Positions 1-15,300 of a stretch of DNA of 64,000 bases are shown here, in pieces (the stretch's first letter is position 1; every line of letters starts with the position of its first letter). Source of the DNA: Eledone cirrhosa (lineage: Eukaryota); contig OZ024746.1 in assembly GCA_964016885.1 (NCBI GenBank), forward strand, positions 54,436,001 to 54,500,000, in the 5' to 3' direction. The position numbers were made by a program, and so were the translations under genes. A model generated the notes under the pieces. That model did not search any database, was not told the DNA's origin, and saw only the letters and a list, made by a program, of their open reading frames with translations.

Positions 1-280
1 ACAGACGTACAGCAGTATGTACATGTATACATACATGCACACATATATATATGTACCTATGGATTTACCGAACATTTATTATAATGCTCGGTTTGTTTGT
101 AAAGACACATCCCGAATTAAGCGTTCTCCACGCTCCACATATGGCGTATTATCTTCGTTTTTTCCGTTCATTGCCAGAGAACGTCTTTATGAACCACATA
201 AGAGAATATTAGTCTACGACTTCTTTTATACCATAAACGTGGTTCTGTCTTTGCGTGTAATTGTGTTTCAGCGCTCTAAA

Positions 281-468
281 TAATTGTTTCTACTTTAGGT
301 ACAAGGCCAGAAATTATCCCAGTGCATTACTGGTACTTTATTTTATCGACCCCGTAAGGATGAAAGGCAAAGTCAACCTCGGCGGGATTTGAACACAGAT
401 CGTAAAGGGACGTAACTATGCTGGAAAGCATGGCCTCCGACCCTCTACAGATACTGCCAATCCACCGC
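281..468 (-). mobile_element. SINE family A (tRNA-like head, gcctttcatcct..ggggtcgataaa core; Meta-SINE-like)
   Basis: Same sequence at 1602-1823(-), 1857-2010(+), 53316-53684(-), 55236-55421(-) and, degenerate, 40555-40685(-). Confidence 0.8.
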
Positions 469-792
469 TTAAATAATGACGTATTATATTCGTTTTTTCC
501 CGTTCTTTGCCAGGGAACGTTTCCACGAACCAAAGTATCGTCTTCCTGTCTTCCTCCGGTGGCAACGTTTTTTTAAATATTCACTTCTGCGTTCACAGAG
601 TGACTTTGTTAGTTTCAGAAGATCCCGTTAAGGGTGAAAGCAGCGATTCTTTGCTTCAACTTTAATCTGTTATTTTAATAAATATTTGCTCTACGGTTCT
701 TATATATTTGATATATATTTATCCTCATCGAGCCCTCTTTGGATTTTAGTCTTCAAATTTATTATTATTACTATATATAATTATATATATTT

Positions 793-944
<152 letters not shown>

Positions 945-1601
945 ATGCGTTTGTTTGTGTGTGTGTGTGTGTACACACTAGGAGCAAATGCATTCGTATT
1001 CAAATAATAACTTAGCGAAATTAATCAAGAATTTAGTAGTTGCATATGTTTACATATTTCTTCCATTGTTTTCCTTTTCTCTGTATACCAACAATATGAA
1101 ATATTTATAGAAGAAACCGAAAATATAAATCAATTTTCTCTTGGGGTAACAAACTCAATAATGATCTGATTAATTGTTATAACATGACACGAAAAGATAT
1201 CTCTGTTGGATATTTGATTTGAATGAATGCACACTGAGACGAACTTCACCCAGAGCTAAATTATTTCATCACAAAACAATTACGCCAACAAGCAGCCTTT
1301 GTGAAACGCCGCAAAATTAACCTAATGATGAGTGTAATTTAATTCCAAAAGATATGAACCTTCCATAAATAAAACCACTACAAAGATAATTTCCTAGATC
1401 AGAAATGCAATCAACACAGCTATGAAATCTTGCAGTCACGTTAACTGTCAATAGCAAAATGCCGTCAACAATAACTAGTATACTATTAGCTGGGCATGAG
1501 AAGATTACAGAAGATTGAAAATATATCACTAGTTTTAGAGACAACACCTGACGATATTAAACGACAAACCGTAGGTGAATATCTACGGCAGATTGATGAC
1601 A

Positions 1602-2010
1602 AATTAATGATTTCTTATATAGGCACAAGGCCAGCAATTTTTTTGGGGAAAGGAAAGTCGATTAAATCGACGCCAGTGTGTTACTCGTACTTTATTTTAT
1701 CGACCCCGAAAGGATGAAAGACAAAGTTAACCCCGGCGGGATTTGATCTCATATCATAAAGAGCCGTAACTATATGCTGCAAAGCATGGTGTCCGCTCCT
1801 CTACCGATACTGCCAATCCACCGACAAATCAATGCCTATTTGTATTCCCTATCAAATGGTGGCGAATTGGCAAATTCGTTAGAACGTCGGATAGAATGCT
1901 TTGCGGTATTTGTTCTGGCTCTCTGATCTCTGAGTTCAAATCCCGCCGAGGTCAACTTTGCCTTTCATCCTTTCGAGGTCGATAAAAAAAAATAGGAATC
2001 TAGTACTGGA
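1602..2010. mobile_element. Head-to-head pair of SINE family A copies
   Basis: Minus copy 1602-1823 and plus copy 1857-2010 with B box gagttcaaatc. Confidence 0.75.
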
Positions 2011-2256
2011 GTCGAGTCTGCTTCTATATCTCTACCGCACTTCCTCTCCCTCACATTCTTCCTTTCTCTGGAAAATATCTACTGTACCTGGAGAGGTATG
2101 GGCTCCGTCAGCCTTGAAATGTCTAACAAACGTTATATGTCAATACGGCCCTCCTACACCTGCATCAGGAGCTAAGGGATCATACCATATTATACTATAC
2201 CATACCATTCTCTATAAAAAAAATAGTAACTAGTTGCCGTGGTGATACTAGATATG

Positions 2257-2581
2257 TGGTGAAGACGCATAGCTTAGTTGTTAGAGCATCGGGCTTACAA
2301 TCACGAGGTTGTGAGTTCGATTCTCGGACCGGACTTTGCGTTGTGTTTTTGAGGAAGACACATTAGTTCACATTGCTGCAGTTCACTCAACTATAGAAAT
2401 GAGTTACGACGTCACAGGTGCTAAGCTGTATCGGCAATTGCCTTTCTATGGACAACATAAGTGACTTGTATGCATGGGCGACTGCTGGTCTTCCAGAAAC
2501 AACCTTTCCCGGACTTGTCCCTCGTAGGAGAACTTTCTTGTCCAAATCCAAAGGTCATTCGTGACCGAAGTGGGTCTTTAC
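2257..2581 (+). mobile_element. tRNA-derived SINE family B (also 25027-25270 -, 55509-55790 +, 56660-57006 -)
   Basis: A box t(a/g)gcttagt(t/g)g, B box gttcgattc, shared ttcacgttgctccagtt.actcagct core. Confidence 0.75.
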
Positions 2582-2749
2582 TAGAGAGGTAGACAGAGAC
2601 AAAATAATGCAAAAAAGTTTCATCGTATATTTCTAAAATAGAAAAAAATATTGTTGGTTAACGAGATACAAGTAGCCATCTGGCGACATTTATCACATTT
2701 AAATTTTAAAATATAGACTCATCAGTGACAAAGAGTAAATACTAAATAG

Positions 2750-3200
2750 AAATGAAGATTAGATACGAATTGATCACCCTCAAACAAAAGTTTAGAGCTG
2801 TCAGTGAGAAATTCTGGAATTAGAAACGAGCAGCTGAAATTCCAGGGGTTGATAAAAAAATTCAGCATTCGGTAATCAGAAGAAAAGTGTGAGAACCAAG
2901 CTCACTACCTTTCCATATGATCATGAATATTGGGTCATCACAGAACGAATATCATTGCCAATATATGCGACCAAAATTAGCTTCCCCCGAAAGGTCTTTG
3001 GAGTAAATATTATTCGATATGGCACGTATAACGGAGAACAGGGTGTCAATCCATGTAGAGCCATCACGTCTCAGCATTGAGAGACCACAAAATGTAGATA
3101 GGAACTAGAATATACCGCCAGTGGCCAAGTGAGGAACAGCACAACAGAAAGATTGACAGCAACTATTTCTGATCAGAAATGGAGAAAAAAACCAATGGAA
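2750..3200 (+). pseudogene. Degenerate RTE-type LINE fragment
   Basis: YDHEYWVITER..ATKISFPRKVFGV resembles the RTE post-RT motif YGHESWVMTER..AEMRFLR. Confidence 0.55.
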
Positions 3201-3598
3201 ATATTGTTTCTCCCACCAAATCCATCGATCGGGTCAATTCTTTTCAATACATTTACATCTGCGTGCGTGAATGTATGGATTCAAGTATAGGACCTAGAGG
3301 GAAGAGGCGAATAAAACAGAAGTATGATGGAAAATAAAGAAAAGGGTCACAGTGTCCTTAGAGCAATGTGTATCTAATGTATTGGTTAAATGGTATCTGA
3401 CTGCCAAGGCCGGCATATATCATATATACATTAGCCAATATGGTACGTGTACATACACATAAATACACATAAAATGTATATATACAATGCCACACCGGAA
3501 CATAGAGAGATATATTACCAAAATAGAATAAAGGTTACATATATATAGAGAGAGAGAGCAATAAGAGAGAGAGGAGTGAGAGAGAGAGAATGAGAGAG

Positions 3599-3666
<68 letters not shown>

Positions 3667-3772
3667 GAAGACATATGGCACTAGAATACGTAAATGTTAC
3701 TTAGGGTATATACATACATAAGCACAAACACACACATACATATACACATACACAAACACACACACCCACACC

Positions 3773-3804
<32 letters not shown>

Positions 3805-4236
3805 ATATGACAATAGAGAATCTATATGGAATATACAAACAATATGTTCACCAAATATATAACCAGCCACTCCAATCTTAAAAGAAATAAAAACGTCTCC
3901 ATTGTTTTGAATACAAAACAACAATAACAATAACGACAAAATCAACAAAGTCAACAACAACAAAACACAAAATAAAACATAAAACACAAAACAAAACAAA
4001 TGAGACAAACCATTCAAAACTATGCAATACAAAGAGGACAACAACAAGAACAAAATCACCAAGAGATGTCATCAATGGTACAGAAACGAGCCTCCCATTT
4101 CAGAAAATGGCGCATTATTATAAAACTTCTAGTGTGTTCAACAAACTCTTTCGACCACACATACATGTTATATGTTTTTTATATACACACACTCAAACAC
4201 ACATATATATTAATATATTTATACATATATGCATAA

Positions 4237-4958
<722 letters not shown>

Positions 4959-5284
4959 AGAGAGGGAGATTTACATCTATGAAGTAGTGTTACATAACTT
5001 CCACTCCACACTTGTGTCACGTCCCAGTTGTGTACGGTCTCTATTCCTCCCAGCTACGTTTATAGAAATCATTTTTTGTATTGTTATGTCATGGCTGTCA
5101 CCTCGTATTTATTCTTCTACCGGTTTGCACCGCTTCCTATGAATTAAGAACCAAACACAGCACTTGACCTCAAAGTCTTTCTGTTCCCGTCTCTCTATGT
5201 TAATCTCCATTTTGCTACCCTTTTCTCAATCTCTCTCTCTCTCTCTCTCTCTGCGTATATATAATATATAATATATATATTTAT

Positions 5285-6362
<1,078 letters not shown>

Positions 6363-6490
6363 TAATAAAAACAATGTATAAAAACAAAGAACAAGTTACT
6401 TATATTAAACAATTCATCATTTAACGATCGTTTGGTAGATTTATCTACATATATATATATATATTTATTTATACACACACACTCACACAA

Positions 6491-6527
<37 letters not shown>

Positions 6528-6670
6528 CACCTATGTATCTCTATCCATCTCAGCCACATTTCTCACTATCTCTAAGCTTCTATTTCTGACTATTTCACTA
6601 AAAAGCTATCATATTCTCTATCGCTCTATATCTTTCACTCTTTGTACACTCTACCTAAGTTTCTATGAAT

Positions 6671-7274
6671 TTACCTCACATAATATCTCCCATAACATTT
6701 ACATTACTCTATATATACTATTGTATTTCCACAGTAAAGGCTTTACCTCACATAATGTTTCCCATAACATTTACATTACTCTATATATACTATTGTATTT
6801 TCACAGTAAAGTCTTTACGTCACATAATATTTCACATAACATTTACATTACTCTATATATACTATTGTATTTCCACAGTAAAGGCTTTACCTCACATAAT
6901 GTCTCCCATAACATTTACATTACTCTATATATACTATTGTATTTTCACAGTAAAGGCTTTACGTCACATAATATTTCACATAACATTTACATTACTCAAT
7001 ATATACTATTTTATTTCCACAGTAAAGGCTTTACCTCACATAATATCTCACATAAAATTTACATTACTCTATATATACTATTGTATTTCCACAGTAAATG
7101 CTTTACCTCACATAATATCTCACTTAACATTTACATTACTCTATATATACTATTGTATTTTCACAGTAAAGGCTTTACCTCACATAATATCTCACTTAAC
7201 ATTTACATTACTCTATACATACTATTGTATTTTCACAGTAAAGGCTTTACCTCACATAATATCTCACATAACAT
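6671..7274. repeat. 72-bp minisatellite array (~8.4 units)
   Basis: Unit ctcacataatatctcacataacatttacattactctatatatactattgtatttccacagtaaaggctttac; 24-aa periodicity in the overlapping ORFs. Confidence 0.95.
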
Positions 7275-7484
7275 CTCGTATACGAGAGACGTGTGTTGAC
7301 GTGTGTGAACAAGCTCGGCTACCGAGTCGGATTTACTTACTCAAAAGTGAGTTTTGATTAATTTTTTTATACTGTAATATACGTTAACCCCTTGCCTTGG
7401 TCGTCAAACTTTGAGTTTATTTATTTTCGCCCCTTTTTGGGTCGAATTTTCCAGTTAAAAATTTATTACGGCAAACTAATAGAA

Positions 7485-9222
7485 ATGGACGGAATTTTCA
7501 CATCTCATCCTAACGTGAAAGCCACGCCCCCTAAGAAAGGTGATACAGAGAAGCTAGAAGCACAAAGCTCTAAGTCTTCCCTCCTCACTTCTGAAAAAGA
7601 AACATGGAACACGGAATTAAAAGAAAAATTTGTAAAAATGGGTGAAAACCCAGAAAGTCACATAAACGCAGACAAAAACAACAACGACAATAACAGCAAT
7701 AGTCACAACACCAACCAAGGAAAAAATAACGATAACACCAAACAAAGCGAAACCACTACTGGTGCCTCCTTTGCACAGGCGGTCCGGAAAACACAAACCT
7801 GCAAGCAACTGGACATTACAACTCTGAGAGAAAAGATGAAGCAAGCGAAACAGTATGTAACTTTCAAAGAAGGAGGAGACTTCACAGTCACCTCCCCACA
7901 AGAAATCAAAAGGGACACGACGCTAAGAACGATATCTTTCAGAACAATTTCCAACATAACAAGGAAACTAGCTCAATTATCCCAAAAAGAGATTGAGCTG
8001 GTCCTAAAAAATGTGTGGAGTGATATATCGTTCATACAAAAAGGCCCACTCTATGGGAATATAACGGTCCTAATGAAGGATCAATTGACGGCCAGGAAAT
8101 ACTCTGTGGCGCCAATTGTTTCCAAGCTACATACATTTTTCCCCACATATTTAGGGAAAAGAACGCAGAAAATAAGGATCTCCGGAATCCGGCCAAATGC
8201 ATGCATTTCCTGGGTACTAACAGGATTTTTAGAAGACGAGGACGGAATCCTCTCAGTAGGAGAAGTCACCACAGACGTTTTCGGCGGTTCGAGCGTGGAG
8301 GTTCTGGTCCAAATGAGACCAGAACGAATAGCTAGAATACCACAGAGGGTGTCCGTCGATGGAGAAACATTTATATACATTTCCACCGAAGGTAGGAGGC
8401 CCATATGTTACTACTGTTCAAGCAGGGGTCATCTAAGGGCTGCTTGTCCTCAATTGACAAAAAAAAAGGCTCTTTTGCCTACACCCCACACACCACCACC
8501 GCCACCACCACCACCACCACCTCCACCACCACCACCACAACAACAACAAAAACAACACGGAAAAATAACACAAGACACGGCCCCACCCAAAACAACTTCA
8601 AAAACACACACAAATACAACAAAACCCCAAAATACACCACTACCCGACAGCACGGACGAGGACCCAGCTGAAACGGCACCTAGTGACGAAGAGGGGGAAC
8701 CCTTCCAACCTGTAAAATGAAAAAAAGAAAGCACCACTCGAACATAAACGAAACAAACACACAACCACCAACAAAAACAAAACAAACAGAACAAACAAAA
8801 TCCGCCCCACCCCAAAACATAACACATACAACAAAACGTAAGCACACACAAGAACAACAAACAAACACAACACAAATAAAACAGTATACATACATTAACA
8901 CAAATAACAAATAACTAGTAAAAACAATACACAAAGACCCTTAGGTGGAAACTGAAGGGCAATTCTTTGCAAGCGCGGCCAACAAACCGCATTTAAAAAT
9001 GATAAGACTCCCAATGGACACCTATGCAAAACTAAGAGAGAACTTTCCTGAGGACGTGGGGAAAACATGTACTCGACCCTATAACCGCGTCCTCACCAAA
9101 CACACCTCACCCACACCTCACCAAACACCCCCACTCCACCACAGAACAACACCCCACCAAACAACCCCTCCAATACGCCCATGGATATTGTGCAACCTGC
9201 TCCTCAGGTGCCGAACAGGTAG
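7485..9222 (+). pseudogene. Tx1 ORF1 (gag-like, CCHC zinc knuckle), broken in its 3' part
   Basis: ORF 7392..8720 (first ATG 7485) contains CYYCSSRGHLRAAC and a Pro/Gln/Thr-rich tail. It continues in fragments 8717..8914 and 8945 onward; copy 2 places the likely stop at tag 9220-9222. Confidence 0.8.
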
Positions 9223-9243
9223 GTCCTTCCTCTTTTAACCAAC

Positions 9244-12200
9244 ATGGCTGATATAAGAGTTGGGTGTCTGAATGTACGTGGCCTGGGACTGTCTTGGAAA
9301 CAAGGCAAACTTTTAAACGATCTCAGGTCGCATAGAATGGATATAATGGCTATTTGCGAGTCCAGGATCAGCAGCGAGCACCAACTGGCGCCCCTCTTCG
9401 ACGACTTTGAGATCTTCGCATCTTTCTGTCAACTGGGGGGTGGGGGTGGAGTTGTCGTTCTGCTGCGAAAACACCTGGGCCTCGCCATACAGAAGGTGCA
9501 CCTGGACCCGGAGGGTCGACTGGTGGTTTTAGACGTCGGCAGTAGTGAAAGTGGAGCCCTTAGACTAATAGCTGTGTACGCCCCTTTTTGGGCAGCGCGG
9601 CCGGAATACTTCCAACGTCTGGAAACTTTTCTGGGAACGTCCCGCTCCTTGCTTTTAGTGGGGGACTGGAATGGTATCCTGGATGCACGTTGGGACTATG
9701 TAGGGGCATGTGCCAATAGAGGGGGGTGTAAAAGCCTCAAAAGGTTAATCGGCCGATTTGACCTGGCCGATAGATATCGACTAGATTTTCCGACTGTACC
9801 ACTATGGACGTGGACCAATCGCAGTGGAACATCTAGGTCGTACCTAGATAGGGTCCTAGTTAGAGAGAAGGATAGGGACACATTTAGCTGTCCAAAAATG
9901 TTCATGGTTGACTATTCGGATCACAAGTTAGTGACCTGCATAGCCAACCTTGATAGAACCCATAGACAGGGACCCGGTTACTGGAAGCTGAACTTGTCCT
10001 TACCGAGAAGCAAAGCTTACAGTAAACGGATTAGTACGTTAGTTAAGCAGAGTTTGACAGGGGCAATTGTCAACAACAGGTGGTGGAGCTCTCTTAAGAG
10101 AGCAATTAGAATAGAATCGATAGGTTTTAGTCAGGAATTAGCAAGGGATAGGAACAAGACGGAAATGGAATTAGTAGATAGAGTAGAAGAGGCGATTAGG
10201 AGTGGCAATGTAGCCGGCGTGCTGGCATCAAGAATGGCCTTAGACCAGTTCTTTGAGGTGAAGCATGAAGGCTGCGTTGTCAGGAGTAAAATACGTGCTC
10301 TGGGTAATGAGGGAGCCAAAGCTGTGAGCTGGGCCCGAGTGACAGAGGCAAAAAGTGGGAACAAGTCCACGATTCAGTCTTTGAAGGACCAGGATGGGCG
10401 TGTGATCCTTGAACCTGGGCAGATGTGTGCGGCCTTTCAGCGGCACTTTGCACGACTGTTCGAGAGGGGCGGCGCGCCGGGTGAGACTATGGATTTCAAT
10501 CCATACCTCGACGGTTTGCCGCGGCTCTCGGACGCGGAGGCGAAGTCCTGCGAAAGGACGATTTCAGCTGCTGAGGTAGGGGCGGCGCTGAGCCAATGCG
10601 GCAAACGGAAATCCCTGGGTCTCGATGGTCTACCATACGAGCTATATGTAGCGATGTCGGACGTATTCTCCGATATCCTCGAAGCAGTCTACTGCAACTG
10701 GCAGCAGAACGGGAGAATTCCCAGTTCTGTGACCAAGGGCGTAGTTACGCTGGTGAGGAAGGATGAGAACAAGGGGGATGACATAAGTAACTTCAGGCCC
10801 ATAACTCTGCTAAATACAGAGTTAAAGATTTTGGCCAAGGTGTTAGCGAAGAGGTTGGCGCTTGTCGTTGGAAACCTGGTGGGAGAAGCGCAGACATGCG
10901 CAATCCCGTCCAGGTCCATTCACGACAATCTCCACCTTATGCGATACATCATAGAGAGGGTAGGGAATGAACCAGGCTTTGGTGGGGCCCTGATCAACTT
11001 GGATCAATCTAAAGCTTTCGATAGGGTTGACCATCGTTACCTGGATGCGGTGCTCGCGGCGGCAGGCTTCGGACCCGTTTTCAGGGGTTGGATTGCTGCG
11101 ATGCACAGCAGCAACGTCTGCTCAAGGGTCAAGGTGAACGGCCACCTGTCGGAGCCGTTCTAAATCATGCGATCCATCCGATAGGGATGCCCTCTCTCCT
11201 CCCTACTGTATGTGCTGGCTCTTGAGCCACTACTGCGGAAGTCGGAGCAGTTGCAGGGCATCCCTTTGGAACCGGGATTGCAGAAAGCGGCGTCGGCCTA
11301 CGCCGATGACGTGACAGTAATGGTGTCGAAAACCTCGCAAATCGGTGAGATCGGCACCTTACTGGCGGAATATGAAAGGTTTACAGGAGCCAAGCTGAAC
11401 CGGGACAAGTCCGTCGGTTTGCAACTCGGAACTTGGAGAGGCAAACCGATGCCCTCCAACGACGTCGTCGGACGCTGGACGGAGGGCCCGGTGAAGCTGC
11501 TTGGGGTCTGGTTCGGACCAGACCTCCAGGTGGAGAAAAACTGGAACGAGGTAACGGCCAGGGTGTTTGCACTCACCCAGAAGTGGGCCCAGTGCAAACT
11601 ATCCCTGAAAGGTCGAGCGGAGGTGGCGAATACTTATATAGCATCCGTCATCTACTACCGCTTGACCGTCGTGCCTTGCCCAGTGAAAAGACTCGCCAAA
11701 ATGGAGTGTGCGCTGTTCCAATTTCTTTGGAACAAGCGGACCCCTTTGGTAAGGAGATCCATCTGCTGTCAACACCCTTCGAAAGGAGGGCTGGGGATGC
11801 CCTGGCTACAGATGCGAAAACACGCATTAAGGCTACGGCACCTCCAGGTATTCCTCACCGGTCAACCGGTGTGGGCCCCGTTTGTGAGGCGAGCCTTTCC
11901 CAGACTCGTCTCGCTCACCGAGCTGCAATCCTGGGTCAAGCAAAGACCGAGAAAAGTGGGCGACTGGCACATTGAATGTGCCCAGGCGCTCACGGCCCTC
12001 TGGAAAGCGGACCCAGCAATCAGTGGAGACTCCACCTCGACATTCTATAGAGGGTTGGTACGCAGCAGGTGCGACGATGCTCTCGGAGAAGCTCTAGGCA
12101 TGGAGGAAGATGAACTGGCCAGTCTGTTCGGTAGGACGTTTGGCCCTGGACCGATGGACAACTTCCAAAAGTCCCTGGCTTGGCAGTGCTACCGAGGGGC

Positions 12201-12681
12201 TCTACCCGTTCGAGACAAGCTCCACAGGCATGGGAGCCTGGGTAGAGATCCTTTGAATAAGATCTGTCCGAGATGCGTGCATGATGACGAAACCGTTGCG
12301 CACGCATTCGTACACTGCCTAGGCATTGCTGACCTGTGGGGCTATGTGGAACGACTACTGTCGAGGGTGGGACCAATCTGGTTGACCACCGAGTCCATTG
12401 TCACGATCAAACCGCCTCCCCCTTTCAAAAACGAAGGAGAGGCGGTTTTTCTCTGTGTGATAGCCATGGCTAAATAAGTTGTATGGTGGACGAGGCTGAA
12501 AGGGCTGAGGTCAGACACCTTTCTCTCCGGCCAACAACTGGTCCCCTTTTTCAAATACCATTTTAAAAGAAGGATCAGAATGGAGAGAGAGGTGCTCTAC
12601 CCCAGCAAGTTTTATGAAAGGTGGGTGAAAGTAGGGAGAATGGCCAGCGTGAATGGGTCTTCTCTCTATATCAGCCTGTAG
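9244..12681 (+). pseudogene. Tx1 ORF2 (AP endonuclease-reverse transcriptase), three in-frame stops
   Basis: APE motifs LNVRGL, GDWN, YLDR, SDH; RT motifs FRPITLLN, LDQSKAFDRVDH, YADD; C-terminal CPRC..ETVAHAFVHC. Single frame with stops at 11161 (TAA), 11182 (TAG) and 12475 (TAA). Confidence 0.93.
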
Positions 12682-12918
12682 GTGAAAGAAGAGGAAAAAG
12701 AGGAGACGAGGGAAGCACCTACTCTTTGTGCTCCTGAGGAGAAGGGTTGCACATTTTTTCCGGGGTGTGTGCGACCCATGTTAATGCCCCCTCCCTATTG
12801 AGGACTTCGTTTGTTGTTGTTATTTCATTGTTATATTTTTGTACTCGTTAATTATATGTAAACTTCCCCCCTTGTATCTGTCCCTACCTTTTGTGCCCTA
12901 GTGGCAAATAAAGAAACC

Positions 12919-13343
12919 ACTCTATATATACTATTGTATTTTCACAGTAAAGGCTTTACCTCACATAATATCTCACATAACATTTACATTACTCTATATA
13001 TACTATTGTATTTTCACAGTAAAGGCTTTACCTCAAATAATATCTCACATAACATTTACATTACTTTATATATACTATCGTATTTTCACAGTAAAGGCTT
13101 TATCTCAAATAATATCTCCCATAACATTTACATTACTCTATATATATTATTGCATTTTCACAGTAAAGGTTTTACCTCACATAATATCTCACATAACATT
13201 TACATTACTTCATATATACTATTGTAATTCCACAGTAAAGGCTTTACCTCAAATAATATCTCCCATAACATTTACATTACTCTATATATACTATTGTATT
13301 TCCACAGTAAAGGCTTTACCTCACATAATATCTCACATAACAT
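12919..13343. repeat. 72-bp minisatellite array between the two LINEs (6 units minus 7 bp)
   Basis: Same unit; 425 bp between the copy 1 3' end and the copy 2 5' end. Confidence 0.95.
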
Positions 13344-13552
13344 CTCGTATACGAGAGACGTGTGTTGACGTGTGTGAACAAACTCGGCTACCGAGTCGGA
13401 TTTACTTACTCAAAAGTGAGTTTTGATTAATTTTTTATACTGTAATATACGTTAACCCCTTGCCTTGGTCGTCAAACTTTGAGTTTATTTATTTTCGCCC
13501 CTTTTTGGGTCGAATTTTCCAGTTAAAAATTTATTACGGCAAACTAATAGAA

Positions 13553-15277
13553 ATGGACGGAATTTTCACATCTCATCCTAACGTGAAAGCCACGCCCCCT
13601 AAGAAAGGTGATACAGAGAAGCTAGAAGCACAAAGCTCTAAGTCTTCCCTCCTCACTTCTGAAAAAGAAACATGGAACACGGAATTAAAAGAAAAATTTG
13701 TAAAAATGGGTGAAAACCCAGAAAGTCACATAAACGCAGACAAAAACAACAACGACAATAACAGCAATAGTCACAACACCAACCAAGGAAAAAATAACGA
13801 TAACACCGAACAAAGCGAACCCACTACATGTCCCTCCTTTGCACAGGCGGTCCGGAAAACACAGACCTGCAAGCAACTGGACATTACAACTCTGAGAGAA
13901 ATGATGAAGGAAGCAAAACAGTATGTAACTTTCAAAGAAGGAGGAGACTTCACAATCACCTCCCCACAAGAAATCAAAAGAGACACGACACTAAGAACGA
14001 TATCTTTCAGAACAATTTCCAACATAACAAGGAAACCAGCTCAATTATCCCAAAAAGAGATTGAACTGGTCCTAAAAAATGTGTGGAGTGATATATCGTT
14101 CATACAAAAAGGGCCACTCTATGGGAATATAACGGTGCTAATAGAGGATCAATTGACGGCCAGAAAATACTCTGTGGCGCCAATTGTTTCCAAGCTACAC
14201 ACATTTTTCCCCTCATATTTAGGTAAAAGAACGCAGAAAATAAGGGGCTCCGGATTCCGGCCAAATGCATGCATTTCCTGGGTACTAACAGGATTTTTAG
14301 AAGACGAGGATGGAATCCTCTCAGTAGGAGAAGTCACAACAGACGTTTTCGACGGTTTGAGCGTGAGGTTCTGGTCCAAATGAGACCAGAACGAATAGCT
14401 AGAATACCACAGAGGGTGTCCCTCGATGGAGAAACATTTATATACATTTCAGCCGAGGGTAGGAGACCCGTAGGTTACTACTGTTCAAGCAGGGGTCATC
14501 TAAGGGCTGCTTGTCCTCAATTGACAAAAAAAAAGCTTTTTTACCCCCCCCACACACACACACCACCACCACCACCACCACCACAACAACAACAACAACA
14601 ACAAAAACAACACGGAAAAATAACACAAGACACGGCCCCAACCAAAACAACTCCAAAAACACACACAAACACAACAAAACCCCAAAATACACCACTACCC
14701 GACAGCACGGACGAGGACCCAGCTGAAACGGCACCTAGTGACGAAGAGGGGGAACCCTTCCAACCTGTAAAAAGGAAAAAAAGAAAGCACCACTCGAACA
14801 TAGACGAAACAACCACACAACCACCAACAAAAACAAAACAAACAGAACAAACAAAATCCGCCCACCCCAAAACATAACACATACAACAAAACGTAAGCAC
14901 ACACAAGAACAACAAACAAACACAACACAAATAAAACAGTATACATACATTAACACAAATAACAAAGAACTAGTAAAAACAATACACAAAGACCCTTCGG
15001 TGGAACTGAAGGGCAATTCTTTGCAAGCGCGGCCAACAAACCGCATTTAAAAATGATAAGACTCCCAATGGACACCTATGCAACACTAAGAGAGAACTTT
15101 CCTGAGGACGTGGGGAAAACATGTACTCGACCCTATAACCGCGTCCTCTTGAAACGTTTCCCCACCCACACCTCACCAAATACCCCCACTCCGCCACAGA
15201 AAAACACCCCACCAAACAACCCCTCCAATACGCCCATGGATATTGTGCAACCCGCTCCTCAGGAGCCGAACAGGTAG
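13553..15277 (+). pseudogene. Tx1 ORF1 copy 2, frameshifted
   Basis: Fragments 13460..14383, 14269..14877 and 15053..15277 match copy 1 ORF1; first Cys of the knuckle mutated (GYYCSSRGHLRAAC). Confidence 0.8.
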
Positions 15278-15300
15278 GTCCTTCCTCTCTTTTAACCAAC

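Larger units (their letters stand above)
7275..12918 (+). mobile_element. Full-length Tx1-clade non-LTR retrotransposon, copy 1 (inactivated)
   Basis: 5'UTR starting ctcgtatacgagagacgtgtg, ORF1 with CCHC knuckle, ORF2 with APE + RT + C-terminal Cys/His motif, 3'UTR ending aataaagaaacc. Boundaries defined by alignment with copy 2. Confidence 0.92.

Noticed and set aside
612-650. Hammerhead at cagaaga-tcccgttaagggt-gaaa
   Set aside because: Core is mutated and I could not form stems I and III; at best a decayed motif.
2257-2335. tRNA genes (also near 55520)
   Set aside because: A/B boxes continue into a shared SINE body; no clean cloverleaf.
6665-7357. 230-aa and 192-aa repeat ORFs, or a CRISPR-like array
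   Set aside because: Products of a 72-bp (multiple of 3) tandem repeat; no unique spacers, no cas genes, eukaryotic context.
11161-11184. Programmed readthrough or selenocysteine in Tx1 ORF2
   Set aside because: The stops are TAA/TAG and are sense codons in copy 2, so simple mutations.
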